The notes under the pieces: model-generated
The model's database searches: none
Told to the model about the DNA's origin: nothing
Seen by the model: the letters and a program-made list of their open reading frames with translations, nothing else
Part shown: piece by piece, positions 1-12,670 of the stretch
How positions within the stretch are numbered: the stretch's first letter is position 1
How the letters are laid out: each line of letters opens with the position of its first letter
Origin: Rhynchopus sp. YZ270_cl-10
Taxonomy: Eukaryota
Length of the DNA: 64,000 nt
Assembly (NCBI GenBank): GCA_964035575.1
Contig: OZ037834.1
Span: 1,674,001 to 1,738,000, forward strand
Direction: 5' to 3'
Made by a program: the position numbers and the translations under genes

Positions 1-2
1 TG

Positions 3-1805
3 TGCTGCAGCTTTGCGGAGGCGCAGTTTACGTTTCCTTCAAACACATGCCCGGACGGTGCCTCTGGACAGACGCAGCTGTCTGGCAGTGGCACGATCAC
101 GTACCCGGCGGGCTCGGGGAACTACCTGGACAACCAGACGCCGTGCTGGTACGTGCAGTGCGACGGGACGCTGACCTTCACATGGAACTCGTTCCGCACA
201 GAGAGCGGCTACGACCACGTGTCGATGTGGCCTGTCGCCAGCGACAACTCCGTGGACACATCGGTGACCCCGGTCTTCAGCGAGTCGGGAGTGAAGACGC
301 TTGCCCCAACAGTGTTCAACAGCGGGATGCTTGTGCAGTTCAAGTCGGACTATTCTGTTCAGGAGCAGGGGTTCTCTGTGGGGTACCAGTGCGTGTCGAC
401 GCCACCGCCACCAACACCGCCCACACCACCCACACCACCGACGTGCACGGATGTGATGGTCGGGTCGCCTGAGAGGCCCTGGTACGACGCAGACGGGAGC
501 ACCTACACGTGTGCGTGGTACGGGGCTGTGTCGACACGGTGCTCGCAGTACGGGAACAGCTACGAAGCAGACGGCTACACCGCAAACCAGGCGTGCTGCG
601 CGTGTGATGGTGGGGTCACGTCGCCACCCCCTCCGACCCCACCGACCCCACCGACCACATGCCCGTCGCGTGTGCGCAAGGAGTGGAGACAGCTGTCGAC
701 GGCAGAGAAGGCACTCTTCATGAAGGCTGTGCAGCTGCTGAAGACGACGACCGCAGGGTCCGCCACACAGTCGGCAAAGGGCGGCTACGACAAGTACCCG
801 ACGATCCACGGGAAGGACGAGTCGTACCTGCAGGCACACAACACAGGGATGTTCCTCCCGTGGCACAGAGTCTTCATCCAGAAGTTTGAGGACGACCTGC
901 GTGCGCTTGGTGCAGAGTTTGCGTGTGTGACGCTCCCGTACTGGGACTGGTCGATTGAGCAGGCGGCTGGGGCAGCGTGGGACCCGGCCCTGTGGAACGG
1001 CAACACAGACCCCGTCAGCGGCGAGTTCATCGGGTTCGGGTCGGTGTACAACGGACGCACGCAGGCGGAGAAATGCAACCACCCTGTGGGTCCGGGGGCC
1101 AGCGACAGCGATGGGTGCTGTGTGTCGGACGGTCCGTTCCGCGCAGGTGCGTGGGTGCACTCGCACGAGACAAGCGGCTCCCTGCCGGTTGGCGACAAGG
1201 GGGACTGGCCGCTTACTAACAAATGTCTGTTCCGCTACTTTGCGAACGACAACCTGGTGCGCAGCGCCGCAGCCCAGGCAGCCGACTTCCTCCCGCAGGC
1301 GACCTACGGGTACGACACAAACACGAACCCTGGGTTCAGAAACGTCCTTGAGGACAAGGAGCACTCGGAGATCCACGCGCGCATTGGTGGCTACATGATC
1401 ACGAACTGGAGCCCCGAGGACCCGATCTTCTTCCTGCACCACGCGAACATCGACCGTCTGTGGGCGATGTGGCAGGTGTGCCAGGGATACGACAACGCAG
1501 CCAGCAGCTCGCAGTACAACGCAGGCCCGTCCGTGTCCGGCGCCAGCACAGGGCTGAACGACGAGATGAGCTACCACAACTTCTACGACCGTAACGGCGC
1601 GTCGACGGACCCGCAGCCTGCACAGTGGAGCGGCTTCACACCTGCCAAGGTGTGGGACCTCCACAGCGCAGACCTGTACGCACACTCCGGTCCCACCGGC
1701 CCGAAGGTGCAGTACAAGATCAACACCTTCAACGGAGGAAGTGCCTGGTCCACCGCATGCCCCAACGTTGCCGCCACCGGCCAGGCCAACTGGTTCGTCG
1801 CATAG
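3..1805 (+). CDS. Secreted tyrosinase / type-3 copper oxidase with N-terminal CUB domain and Cys-rich module (5'-partial)
   Basis: The frame is open from position 3. CUB-like region SGTITYP..NYLDN..CWYVQC...F.TESGYD.V...SGMLVQFKSDYSVQEQGFSVGY, then Pro/Thr linkers and a Cys module WYDADG..YTCAWY...C..YG...TANQACCACDGG. CuA site IHG...AHNTGMFLPWHR and CuB site EHSEIH...SPEDPIFFLHHANIDRLW. Confidence 0.93.
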   Translation, partial: CCSFAEAQFTFPSNTCPDGASGQTQLSGSGTITYPAGSGNYLDNQTPCWYVQCDGTLTFTWNSFRTESGYDHVSMWPVASDNSVDTSVTPVFSESGVKTLAPTVFNSGMLVQFKSDYSVQEQGFSVGYQCVSTPPPPTPPTPPTPPTCTDVMVGSPERPWYDADGSTYTCAWYGAVSTRCSQYGNSYEADGYTANQACCACDGGVTSPPPPTPPTPPTTCPSRVRKEWRQLSTAEKALFMKAVQLLKTTTAGSATQSAKGGYDKYPTIHGKDESYLQAHNTGMFLPWHRVFIQKFEDDLRALGAEFACVTLPYWDWSIEQAAGAAWDPALWNGNTDPVSGEFIGFGSVYNGRTQAEKCNHPVGPGASDSDGCCVSDGPFRAGAWVHSHETSGSLPVGDKGDWPLTNKCLFRYFANDNLVRSAAAQAADFLPQATYGYDTNTNPGFRNVLEDKEHSEIHARIGGYMITNWSPEDPIFFLHHANIDRLWAMWQVCQGYDNAASSSQYNAGPSVSGASTGLNDEMSYHNFYDRNGASTDPQPAQWSGFTPAKVWDLHSADLYAHSGPTGPKVQYKINTFNGGSAWSTACPNVAATGQANWFVA

Positions 1806-2328
1806 ACACAGGGCATTCTTTCAAAAAATGCAAGGATGAAAGATGACGAGTGATTTCTCTATTTTTTATATTAAAAGCACCCCGCTCCCCCTCCGAAAGG
1901 AAAGTACAAACCAAAAAATGAAAAGTGGTGAATCCCTTGCGCACCATAGCTTTTCATCTTCCTCTTCCACTTTCCACTTCTTCCTCTCACATTTTTCTTT
2001 GAAGCATATTCAGCATTCAAAGTTTTTTTTTTCCTTTCTCCAGAGTTTTTAGAACGGTGTGTTCGGATCGTTTCTGTGTGTGTGCTGTGTGGGGGTCTTG
2101 CAGACGCAAACAACACATACCCATATCTGCCACAATTTGCGGCCGATAGGATACGATGGTCAGAGAGCTGTCTGCAATATCATTTCCAGCCCCTTCACAC
2201 CAAAAAGAAACCCCACACACATGATGACCGAACAAACGCACCGTTCAGGAAAAAAGCTCCCTTTTTTTTTCTTTTTCAAAATTTGCTTTTTACATCTCCC
2301 CCACTTTTTATCCCCCTTTTGTTGCTCA

Positions 2329-2365
<37 letters not shown>

Positions 2366-3613
2366 GTGCATCACCTTCATGTTCATTAACCAATTGAATT
2401 ATTTTACCCTCTCTTTTTTATTTTTTCCAGATATGTTGCGCTTCAAAGGCCTCGCGTCTGTTTTTGAGGGGAAAAAATGCAAAAAAATGAAACAAAAAAA
2501 TGAGTAAACACAGATTGCCCACGAATGATATCAAAATGTCATTTTGGAGAGGCTAAGAGTTGTTACTTTTTTTTTTGCACCCAGTTTTGGGAGAATGGGT
2601 GTATGTGTGTGGCTAGCATTTGTCTTCTGTGTGTTTTTTTTTTTTCTCTCTTTTTTTTTGAATTTTCTCTCATTTGTCTTTTTTGTTCTGAGTACGTAGA
2701 CTGAAAAATATCAGATGCGTTCTAGGTGCAAAATGAAAGAAAATGAAAAGAAAAGAAAAGAAAAGAAAAGAAAAAAAACTGAATTCATTTGTACAGCGAT
2801 ACTATATGTTGGTCGATGCCCCCCCTTTTTTTATGTCTGTACATTTGATGTACATTCATCTTACAAAAAATTCTCTTTTTTTATTTTTATCAATTGGGGA
2901 TAGCGAATTGTGACAAGGCCGTTTGTTCTAATTGGATTTACCAGCGTGTTTCCTGAAATTTCGGTGGTGTTTAAAGGAGTTTGGTGGTATTTAAACCCCC
3001 TAATTTCAGGTATAATAAGGTGCTTCTAGTTGGATGACACAAACACAACCGATTATCACGTTTCAAAGCTACTCTTCATTATTTCACTTTTTTTTGTTTA
3101 GCTACGTCTTGCTTTTTCCACCCCTATTTTTTGATAGTTATTCTACACCACGTTACTTCGAGAGGTGCGCGTGGAGAAGAGGTGCACTTCGTCTTTTTAA
3201 GGTTTCATTTGTGTTTTGCAGTCGACCGACACAAAAACCAAAGGAAATTTTATGGGAACGGAAACGTGGGTGCAGGGCCCGCTACGAATCAAAAACCTAC
3301 CCACACAATACAATGTGCGGGTTTTAGCAAAAAAAAAAAAAAAAAGATCAAACGCAAAAAAAAAGAGCTGCTCTCTTTTTTCCCTTCTCTCTTTGTCAGA
3401 TGCTATCTGGTGAGGTGAGAACGGAACTAGAAAAAAAACCCCCAACAAAACAAAACAAAATTTTACAAAAAAAATCATTTGCCATTACCAATACAATATG
3501 CACATACCCCCCTCTCTCCCCTTCCTCCTTTTTTTTTTGTATCGCATGCCCCCTCACCTTATCCTATTCAATCTTTACCTCTACAGTGGGAAATACCCTT
3601 CATTCACCTAAAA

Positions 3614-6364
3614 ATGGGACACGGAGAGCCGGAACAAGAGCTGAAGAGCAAGGCGACTCTTCTTAACACCCACTTGGAGGAGCTGAAGCAGAAGTACTCG
3701 CTCCACCCGCGTCTCGACTACCGTACGATCCGTGCCGTGAGCGGGCCGCTGGTCATTTTGGAAGATGTGCGTAACCCTAAATTCGCAGAGATTGTGAACA
3801 TCGAGCTTGCGGACGGTGAGAAGAGAAGAGGCCAGGTCCTTGAGGTGGACGGAACCAAGGCAGTGGTGCAGGTCTTCGAGGGAACCTCGGGCATTGACGC
3901 CAAGAACAGCCACTGCGAGTTCACAGGAAAGATTCTTGAGTTCGGAGTCGCAGAGGACATGCTTGGAAGAATCTTCAACGGATCCGGAAAGCCCATCGAC
4001 AACGGTGGTGCCGTCATCCCCGAGCAGTTCCGTGACATCAGTGGTATCCCGATCAACCCCCAGTCCCGCGAGTACCCCCGTCAGATGATCCAGACCGGTA
4101 TCTCCTCCATCGACGTCATGATGTCCATCGCGCGTGGACAGAAGATCCCCCTGTTCAGTGGAGCAGGTCTTCCCCACAACGAGATTGCTGCGCAGATTGT
4201 GCGTCAGGCAGGTCTCGTGCAGCAGCCTGGTGCGGACCAGAAGCAGGAGGAGTTCTGTGTTGTGTTTGCGGCGATGGGAGTCAACCAGGAAACCGCGCGT
4301 TTCTTCAAGGACGAGTTCGAGAACAACGGGTCGCTGTCGAAGTCTGTTGTGTTCCTGAACCTTGCGAACGACCCGACCATTGAGCGTATCATTACGCCGC
4401 GTCTGGCGCTCACCACTGCGGAGTACCTGGCATACGACTGCGGTCTTCACGTGCTTGTCATCCTGACCGACATGTCCTCCTACGCCGACGCGCTTCGTGA
4501 GGTCTCCGCCGCCCGTGAAGAGGTCCCCGGACGTCGTGGATACCCCGGATACATGTACACCGATCTGGCGTGCATCTACGAGCGCGCAGGACGTGTCAAC
4601 GGACGTGCCGGGTCCATCACCCAGTTCCCCATCCTGACCATGCCTAACGACGGTATGCCATTTGGTGGATTAGTTTTGACCCGAAACATTTTTCTCCAAG
4701 GTGACTAAGCAGGCCATATTTACAAAAAAACAAAAACAAAACAAAAAGGATCCAAAAATACAACAAAAAAGATTGATGAATAACCAATGTTCAAAACATT
4801 AAGTAATCTAATCAGACTAAGCAGGCTTAGGTTTATTCTTTACCAACTCTTTTCTCTTTTCTTTTGTACTTTTGTGTGCTTTTTTTCATTTGGCATATTA
4901 TAACTTTTGTCCGACACCACCACCACCACCACCACACACAGACATTACTCACCCTATCCCTGACCTGACCGGATACATCACGGAGGGACAGATCTACGTC
5001 GACCGTCAGCTGAACAACAAGGGTATCTACCCGCCGGTGAACATCCTCCCGTCCCTGTCGCGGTTGATGAAGAACGCCATTGGCAAGGACAGTGAGACTG
5101 GTGAGATGATGACCCGGTATGCACCTATCACTTCCCCCCCATGGTGTCCAACCTGGCCACCCCGAGCACGACGATACGAGAGGGCAAACACCATCTCAGT
5201 GATATGCCATCTTAAACAACTTTTGGTTGCATTTTGTGTAGGCAACCAAGCATGTGCCCTACGTCTGCCCACCTTTTTGCTTTTTTTTTTTTCCTCTCTT
5301 GCGAACATTGTCGACAACAGCAAACATATCCGTTCTTTTGACGAGCAAACACAGTGTCGGTTCATATTACACCCTTTCTTTATGAACGTTTTGATGTTTT
5401 ATCAACTACAACCTACCACCACACAGTGAGGACCACGGAGGAGTGTGCGATCAGATGTACTCCGCCTACGCCCAGGCGAAGGATGCCCAGGCCATGAAGG
5501 CCGTTGTTGGAGAGGAAGCACTGAACGAGGAGGACAAGCGTTTCCTTGAGTTCCTGGGCAAGTTCGAGGAACAATTCCTGAAGCAGGTTTGTCACTCCCC
5601 CTCCCCTCCCCCACCCCACCCTCCATTCTCACAGTGGGACATCTACAGAATTTTTTTTTTTGTCAAATTTGTTGTATTGACACCATCCTCTGGGTAGTAT
5701 GGTTACATAAAGTATTTTTTATTGCGTCACTCTTCTACCACTTTCTCGTCTGACTTGAGGTGACATCTTACCAAATATTTCTCCATTTTTTCCCCTGCAT
5801 TTTTTCAAAAAAAAAACACCTCTTCCTACAGGACTACAACGAGGAGCGGACGATCTTCGACTCCCTTGAGCTGTGCTGGGACCTCCTCAGAATCTTCCCC
5901 AAGGTATGGTGGTTTCTTCTTTCTTGGAAACAAGCCAGGTTTTTTTCAAGCACATTCCCTACACAAACGATACGTTGTAATGATGGGCCACAACTAGACT
6001 CATATACCCAAGTCTTCTTTCCTCCCGCATTACGATATTGGTAACGACATGTACGTGAGAGGGCACATTCTAATCTTACATTTGTTTGGTACACTATCAC
6101 GAGGGCTTTCTATTTTAACTCTACTTTGTTCTCTCTGACGAGAGGGGTTTTATATTTCACGTCAAATTTCTTAATGCCCTTGTTGTACTTAGTATGTGGT
6201 TGTCTTTCTCTGAAGAGGCTTCATTCCCCCCCCTCTGTTACGGGTTTAATTGATATTGTGTCGTTCTCTTGTGTTCCGTTCCTACCCTCCCCTCCTTGCA
6301 GCTTGCGCTTGACAAGGTGAACCCGAAAATCGTTGCCAGATTCTACGAGCGCCGTCGCAAGTAG
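3614..6364 (+). CDS. VMA2: V-type H+-ATPase subunit B; 5 exons: 3614-4652, 4942-5116, 5427-5586, 5832-5903, 6302-6364 (502 aa)
   Basis: Motifs [35 protein letters not shown] and [21 protein letters not shown]. Splicing at GT..AG restores [28 protein letters not shown] and MTR-EDH in frame and ends at ...FYERRRK*. Confidence 0.97.
4715..4814 (+). mobile_element. 100-bp insert with 12-bp target duplication inside a hairpin repeat (V-ATPase intron 1)
   Basis: GACTAAGCAGGC occurs at 4703-4714 and 4815-4826. The last 40 bp (4775-4814) are identical to the insert at 17686-17725. Confidence 0.8.
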
Positions 6365-6994
6365 AAAGGGGGTTGTATTTCTTTTGTGTTTTTTTTTCTT
6401 TTTTTTTTGCGGTCCTCCCCACTCCCTTGGTCCCTCTTCCCCCCCACAAAAAAAAAAAAAAAACAACAACAAAACACACACACCACTCACACTACAAATA
6501 GTCCTTTCCCCCCTTATTTTTTGTGTCGAAATCTTTGTTGCCCTAAGATTTTTTTTAAAAAAGATTACCGAGTGTACCGTTCCCCCCATGCTCCCATTGC
6601 AGATTAAACAAAAGTAAGGTTGGAGGAGGGTGTTTTTTTTATATCTGGAGGCAGGTTGAAACGGAGATAATGCCCCATCCCGTTCGCATAAAAAACCCCC
6701 TTCTCTTCCCTCACTGATGTTTTTTTAAATCTTAGCGTGGTTGATTTTCTATTTAAACCGCTAGGAACCATTTTTCATTAAAAAAAAAAAATGCTGCATT
6801 TTATGTGGGTCCATACCCCCCCCATACCCCCCAAAAAAAAAAAGCGAGAACGATTGTGGAAAAGATGTGTTTTTATGTGTGTACCTTAATCCCTTTTTTA
6901 AGGTGCTCCCCTAGCCCATCTCTTTTTCAAGGTTTGCTTCTACAATGTTCCCCCCCCCCCCCCCTTTTCTTTTGAAAGATGAATGGCGTGTTCA

Positions 6995-7319
6995 TACCGC
7001 GATTGGAAATATTATGGACCGAATTAAGTACCAAATGTCCCGAAAAAATCTCTAACGTACCATAATTAATTCGGTCCAACAATAACCCGAACCAAATATT
7101 AATTCGATTCATATCGTTCTGGGCAAAAAAGTACTTGTCAAAAAAATAAGATTCGCCCTTTCCTCGGGGGACAAGTACAAAAAAAATTGCCCCCCAAAAC
7201 ATCATGAACCGAATTAAGTACCAAATGAAACTCAAAAACCTCAAACGTACCATCATTAATTCGGTCCATAATATTTTGTTTCTTTATTTATTCGGTCCAT
7301 AATATTTCCAAACGCGGTA
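6995..7319. mobile_element. MITE, TA-flanked (Tc1/mariner-like)
   Basis: Terminal inverted repeats TA-CCGCGATTGGAAATATTATGGACCGAAT ... ATTCGGTCCATAATATTTCCAAACGCGG-TA. Internal direct repeats ACCGAATTAAGTACCAAATG and TTAATTCGGTCCA. Confidence 0.75.
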
Positions 7320-8766
7320 TTTCAAATTATTCTTTTTGTTATTTGTTGTTAGAATAAGGCTGCATTTCTCCATCTGGATAACAACGAAGGCTTCCTCTTC
7401 CTTTTTTTCACCCCCTCTATCTTTTTCTTTTCTTTTCTTTCAAAAAAAAAAATGCCCCTTTTATTTCTGCTTCGAACAATTCTATAAGAAGACCAATCTA
7501 ATCCAGAAGGGGAGGTACAATAGGATAAAGAAGAACGGTGCTTTTTTTTTTGAGATTTTTTTTTGGGTATTTTTTTTTTTTTTTTTGAGGGAAAAAAAAC
7601 TAAATTGACAACACAAAGTGCAGTGATCTCCATGTACGATTTCTTCTTTTTTTTTTTTTTTTTGTGTTGGAAAAAATATAGGGAGGGTTTTTAGGGAAGG
7701 TCTTTTCTTGACGTAGGTTGTGTTTTGCTACACCCCTCACCTACTCATACACATATTGTTTTTTTTGTGTGCATTTGTAGGGAGGCATTGTATTTTTCCT
7801 TCCTGCAAGAGGTTTTAGTTGGTTGTCAGGAATGTTCAGACTTACAGCAAATAACTCCCCCCCTTTTTATTATAAAAAAAGCACCCTTTTTGGGAAGGTT
7901 GCTTAAGGGTGACATTATTGTTCTTTCTTCTCGCTCTTTCTCAGAGCGAAAGGTGTCTGGTCTGTTGATTCCCCCCCCTCATCTCATTTTCTTGAGTGTT
8001 ACAAAAAAAAAAAAAAAAATGATGTGGATGTGAGAGGTGTGTGCAAATGTGGACTTATCTCCTAAAGTGTGTTTTTTTCTCTCTTTTTTTAAAAGTTTTG
8101 CTGTGTTTTTTTTTTTCTTTTTTTTTTCGTGACTTTGTGTCCAAAGCAAAGGGTGTTGAGGATGTTTTTAAAATGTTTTTTTTAAAGTGTGCAATTTTTT
8201 TTTACCTTTTTCACGTGTCGAGCAAAGTTTTATTGTTTGCTTGCTTTTGTTAAATAAAAAAAAGGTCGTTGGAAAGATGAGTGGAGTGCAGCCATACTTA
8301 CTTTTTTTTTTGTTTTTTTTTTTTTTAAATGGTCTGCCTCACTCTTCAGGAAGCGCTCAGAGCCAGAGGTAACGATAATGTTTTTTCTTTTTTCTTCCAA
8401 TTTTTTTTTTTTTTTGTACTGAGCTAATATGTTAGTAGCTTCTCTTCGATGGAATCCGAGTGCTAAGCCATGAAAGGCATTTTTTTTTTGGGGGTCCTCC
8501 TAAATCTTTTCTGTGAATGGAGAAGCAAAAGCCAGAAAGGTAAAAAAAGAGAGAGAAGGGTTTTTTTAAAATGGGAGACGGGAAGGAAAAAAAAAAACTG
8601 ATGAAGAGGGGGGCCCTCTTTTAGTGGGCGTGGGTAGAGGAGCAAAAAAGAAGTTTCCTCAAAAACAAAGGCAAAAAAAAAAAAACATTTTAAAATAAAA
8701 CTTTAACAAAAACAAAGGTACTCCCCACACTTCCCTCATTTTTTTTTCTTAACCGGACCCTGCATC

Positions 8767-9379
8767 CAGGGATTTATATACGATTTTTTTCCTTACCAAA
8801 AGTGCAAAAAAAGTGAGGTTGCTATTCCTGAGGGGGCTGCAGGCACGGAGGGGCTTTTTTGAAGAAATGGACTTCAGATTGAAGTATCATCATTGTACTA
8901 GCCCAGGGGGCTTCACTGGCTAGGGCTCCAGCAGGTCCCACATGCACTATGCCTGACTCCAGCACGCAAGGTAGCATTCACAGCACCTTTCACCCCTTCA
9001 GGAGGAGTGCACAAAAGGGCACCCGGATGCAATTTTTCGCCCATATCAGGACTCATGACTCAATTTTTTTTGCGAAGCAAAAAAAAATAATATAATATGG
9101 CGCCGCAGGCGAAAAAAAATTGGGGTACGGTGTAAAAATCTAGCCTTTTACACCACAGAGTCACTCAACGAACCCTTTTTTGCGGAGCAAAAAAGGAAAA
9201 ATGGCGCCGCAGGCAAAAAAAATTTGGGTACAGCCTGTATGGTACGGGATTTCATGGTGCGGTCAGCAACCCAGTTCCCCAAAAAATGCAAAAAACTTTT
9301 TTTCCAAATCTGCAAAAGTTTTTTTTTTTTTTCAAAACTGAGGTTCAGCCTCAGTTCTACTATGGTATATAAATCTCTG
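8767..9379. mobile_element. Non-autonomous hAT-like element with 8-bp target duplication
   Basis: TIR CAGGGATTTATATAC ... GTATATAAATCTCTG. CCTGCATC is duplicated at 8759-8766 and 9380-9387. An uninterrupted copy of the target repeat is at 51512-51552. Confidence 0.88.
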
Positions 9380-9783
9380 CCTGCATCACGCAGACTTAAT
9401 TAACCTGCGTCTCCAATAAGATCCTCGATTATTCCTGATGAATGGAAGCGGGATGTATACCTCGTAGTCGCGATCTCTTCGCTTCCTACTGGATCGGACG
9501 GTACGCTGCGGTGCAGCATTGAAATGGGGGTGGGGCTGCACCTCACCTGCTGCCTTGTACTCCTCTCCTGCTTACTCCTTAATCCCACCCCACGCACACG
9601 ACGGACTGCACACGCTGCGCATTGCATAGCATGCATCAATATCAACGTCACTTCACACTACGGTATACCGGTCAATGCATAGCAATACTGTTTCACGAGA
9701 GCGCTTTTATTTCAAGTACAATTTTTCTGTCTTTCTCCCAACCATCAAAAGAGACCAAAAAAATATAAACACACTAAAACACA

Positions 9784-12210
9784 ATGTCTCTCGACTCCGT
9801 TAAGGACATCACCGCAGGCACTATCAGCGGGATCTGCTCTAAGCTTCTTGAGTACCCTTTCGACACTGTCAAAGTCCGCCTTCAGATGGACACCTCTGGG
9901 GCAAAATACCGCGGGGCCACCGACTGCCTCACCAAAACCTTCCAGGAGGAAGGCCTGAAGGGGATCTACCGTGGTGTGGGCAGCCCTATTGCTGGAGCTA
10001 TGGCGGAAAACGCGACGTTGTTTTGGGCATATGGTCTGGCACAACGGAACATGAAGGAATACATTGGCGCAAAGGGGGAAAACGGGGAGCTCTCTTTGGC
10101 ACAACTATGCGCCTGCGGAAGCATGTCAGGGTTGGCAGTTTCTCATGTGCTATCTCCGGTGGAGAGAATTAAGTGTATTATGCAGACGCAAGCTGGACAT
10201 AAGAACTTTGCAAGCTGTGCGGTCTCTGTTGTGAAGGAGGGGGGTGTAAAGAGTTTGTTTAAGGGGCACAGCTCTATGTTGTTGAGAGAGCTGCCTGGGA
10301 ATGCGGCGTGGTATGGAGGTTATGAGTACTTCCGCAAGCTTTTCTACACACGTCTCGGCTGTGCCAAGGACGACCTCCCCGCACACTACACGGCCCTCGC
10401 AGGCGCCATGGGCGGGTGTGCCTACTGGTCAGCATTCTTCCCCGCAGACGTTGTCGGCTCCCGCATGCGCAGCTCCGACGCATCCTCCTTCTCCGCAACC
10501 TTCAAAGAGATCTACGCCTCCGCCGGGCTGCGCGGTCTCTACAAAGGCTGGGGTGTCACCATGGTATGAGAAAGATTTTTTTTGCAGGAGTAGCACATAT
10601 CAGATGTAAACCACGAAATGGATGTAGTACTGCATGGTTGGGTGTCCACCCAACAGTGTACCAAGGTACACTGTTTACGAGAGGGCTTTGTATTTCAAAC
10701 TCTTTTTTTGGCCCTGATATGGTCGTAACAGACCCGTGCTGTCTTAGAATTCGAGATTGTTTGTAAACATTGCAATGGTGAGTGGAGTTTTCACGAATAT
10801 TCTGAATTTTGGAAGTGTTGTGCACGTTCTTTTGTATCGATCTTTTTATCTATCAGTTTGTGTGTTTGGTTCAGTTCTTGTTTTCAACTTACCTTCCTTC
10901 ACCCCCCTGTAAGGGTAACCGTAGGTGAAGTAAGGTATAGTATTGAAATCGATGTGGGGGGGGAGTAAAGGGTCAATTTTACAAAACCAGATTTTGAGGA
11001 AAATTTTAGCCAAAAATGGGCCCCACGTATAAGGAACCGGGCTCATATTTCTCAAAATTTAAGTGATCAAAAAATTGTCCAATTTTCGAGATTGACCCCA
11101 CCACTGCACGGGCGGAGCCCAAAAATGCAAATAAGGACCCTTTTTCAACTTACCTTCCTTCACCCCCCTGTAAGGGTAACCGTAGGTGAAGTAAGGTATA
11201 GTATTGAAATCGATGTGGGGGGGGAGTAAAGGGTCAATTTTACAAAACCAGATTTTGAGGAAAATTTTAGCCAAAAATGGGCCCCACGTATAAGGAACCG
11301 GGCTCATATTTCTCAAAATTTAAGTGATCAAAAAATTGTCCAATTTTCGAGATTGACCCCACCACTGCACGGGCGGAGCCCAAAAATGCAAATAAGGACC
11401 CTTTTTAATTTGTTCTCTTGAAATGTGTAATTTCATGTTTTCGCGAAAAAAATAACAACTGATCCTACAAGGGTTGAAGGAAGGTGGTTGAAAACAACAA
11501 TAACAACAAGGACAAGTAATTGCTAAGGAAAAACGGGTGTGCTGTGGAAAACTCCGCGCGATTTTCGAAACCACCGTAGCATCCTGGCGATTTGCTGGAG
11601 GTGCTGATGCGCCTGGTGTGATCGATGTGTTGTAGTCTGTGCATTCTGTGTTCCTTCCGCACTGCTCCAACGACGACGACAATGTGGGGAGCCTGTGGGC
11701 AAAAACGAGCTGGACCACGCCGAGCCTGCCGAGCGGGCGTCCAACAACGCTATCGAGCAGATGGTGCTGGACGAAGAGGACAGCCCCCCTTCTTGAACGT
11801 TTCAGATGCTGGCGTGCCAGTGGGTCTGGCAGCGTACGAAGAGCGTTAGCATACCTGCAGAAGAGCAGAATGCTGGGCGTGTTGTAGATTATTTCTACAG
11901 GATGGAGTTCCACACCACACCCCGTTTTTTTTCCGATAGGAATTTTTTTTTTTTTTTTTTTTGGTGCAATATTTTGTGATATTTATTCTGTATTTTTTTA
12001 CGTCATTGATACAGCAATGCACAACATGAATCCTTTTTGGTGGAGCTGTCGATACAAAAAAAATAGTAAGACTGTCTCTATGGCAGCCTTCGCTAATCCA
12101 ACAAATTATCAAAAAAAAATTTCCTACAAACACAGGTGAGGGCCTTCCCCGCGAACGCTGCGATTTTCTCTGTCTACGAGGTTGTGAGAAAGGAGTTGGA
12201 CAACATGTAG
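9784..12210 (+). CDS. Mitochondrial carrier family protein (ornithine/carnitine-carrier-like); exons 9784-10563 and 12136-12210 (284 aa)
   Basis: Three carrier signatures: YPFDTVKVRLQ, SPVERIKCIMQ, FPADVVGSRMR. Splicing ATG|gtatga...cacag|GTG restores GLYKGWGVTM-VRAFPANAAIFSVYE. Confidence 0.94.
10881..11406. repeat. Tandem duplication of a 261-bp unit (2 copies) in the carrier intron
   Basis: TTTTCAACTTACCTTCCTTCACCCCCCTGTAAGGG... starts at 10881 and again at 11142. The identical minus-strand ORFs in the ORF track are offset by 261. Confidence 0.93.
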
Positions 12211-12627
12211 GTGCATGATACGATGTAAGGGGGTATCAGGGGTGATGGTCGCCTGTGTTGTGTGATTTTTTTGGCTGTACGTTAACCGTGAGAATACGTC
12301 AAAACACAAACCAAGTTATGCTCGCATTCTTATGGAAATAACACAGCAGAACACACAACACACACCATCAAAGGTAGGGTTTAGTGAAAAGAAGCGGGGA
12401 GGGGAGGGGAGCTGAGCAGGAGGAGAGAGGCTTTGGTACCCCATATATGACTCCTTTGTGTTCGATCCTTTTGGGGGGTTTTTTTTACCCCTCTTTTTTG
12501 TTTTGTGCATTGGCTGAGCTAGAAAATGTATCCCCCCCTCCCCCATCGGTGCCTGCAGTGCGCCTTGCATGCGTCCCAGAGGCGTTTTTGCACTATCAAG
12601 TTCACCTTTTATTTAACGAATGTTATC

Positions 12628-12670
12628 AAGGTGACTAAGCAATGCCAGAGGCTTAGGGTCATCTTATAAA
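12628..12670 (+). repeat. Short dispersed hairpin repeat, family A (AAGGTGACTAAGC-loop-GCTTAGGGTCATCTTATAAA); representative copy
   Basis: Further copies near 4698, 16336, 17665, 23314, 53445, 62554 and 62721; partial copies near 12968, 38975, 54646 and 57704. All seen in + orientation. Confidence 0.88.

Noticed and set aside
39..1685. 548-aa minus-strand ORF, and similar antisense ORFs at 3608-4450, 41873-43240 and 49313-50308
   Set aside because: These are antisense shadows of GC-rich + strand genes and have no recognisable motifs.
3479..3613. Upstream non-ATG ORF extensions (also 33706 and 40892)
   Set aside because: They translate AT/homopolymer-rich UTR or intergenic sequence; the downstream ATGs fit better.
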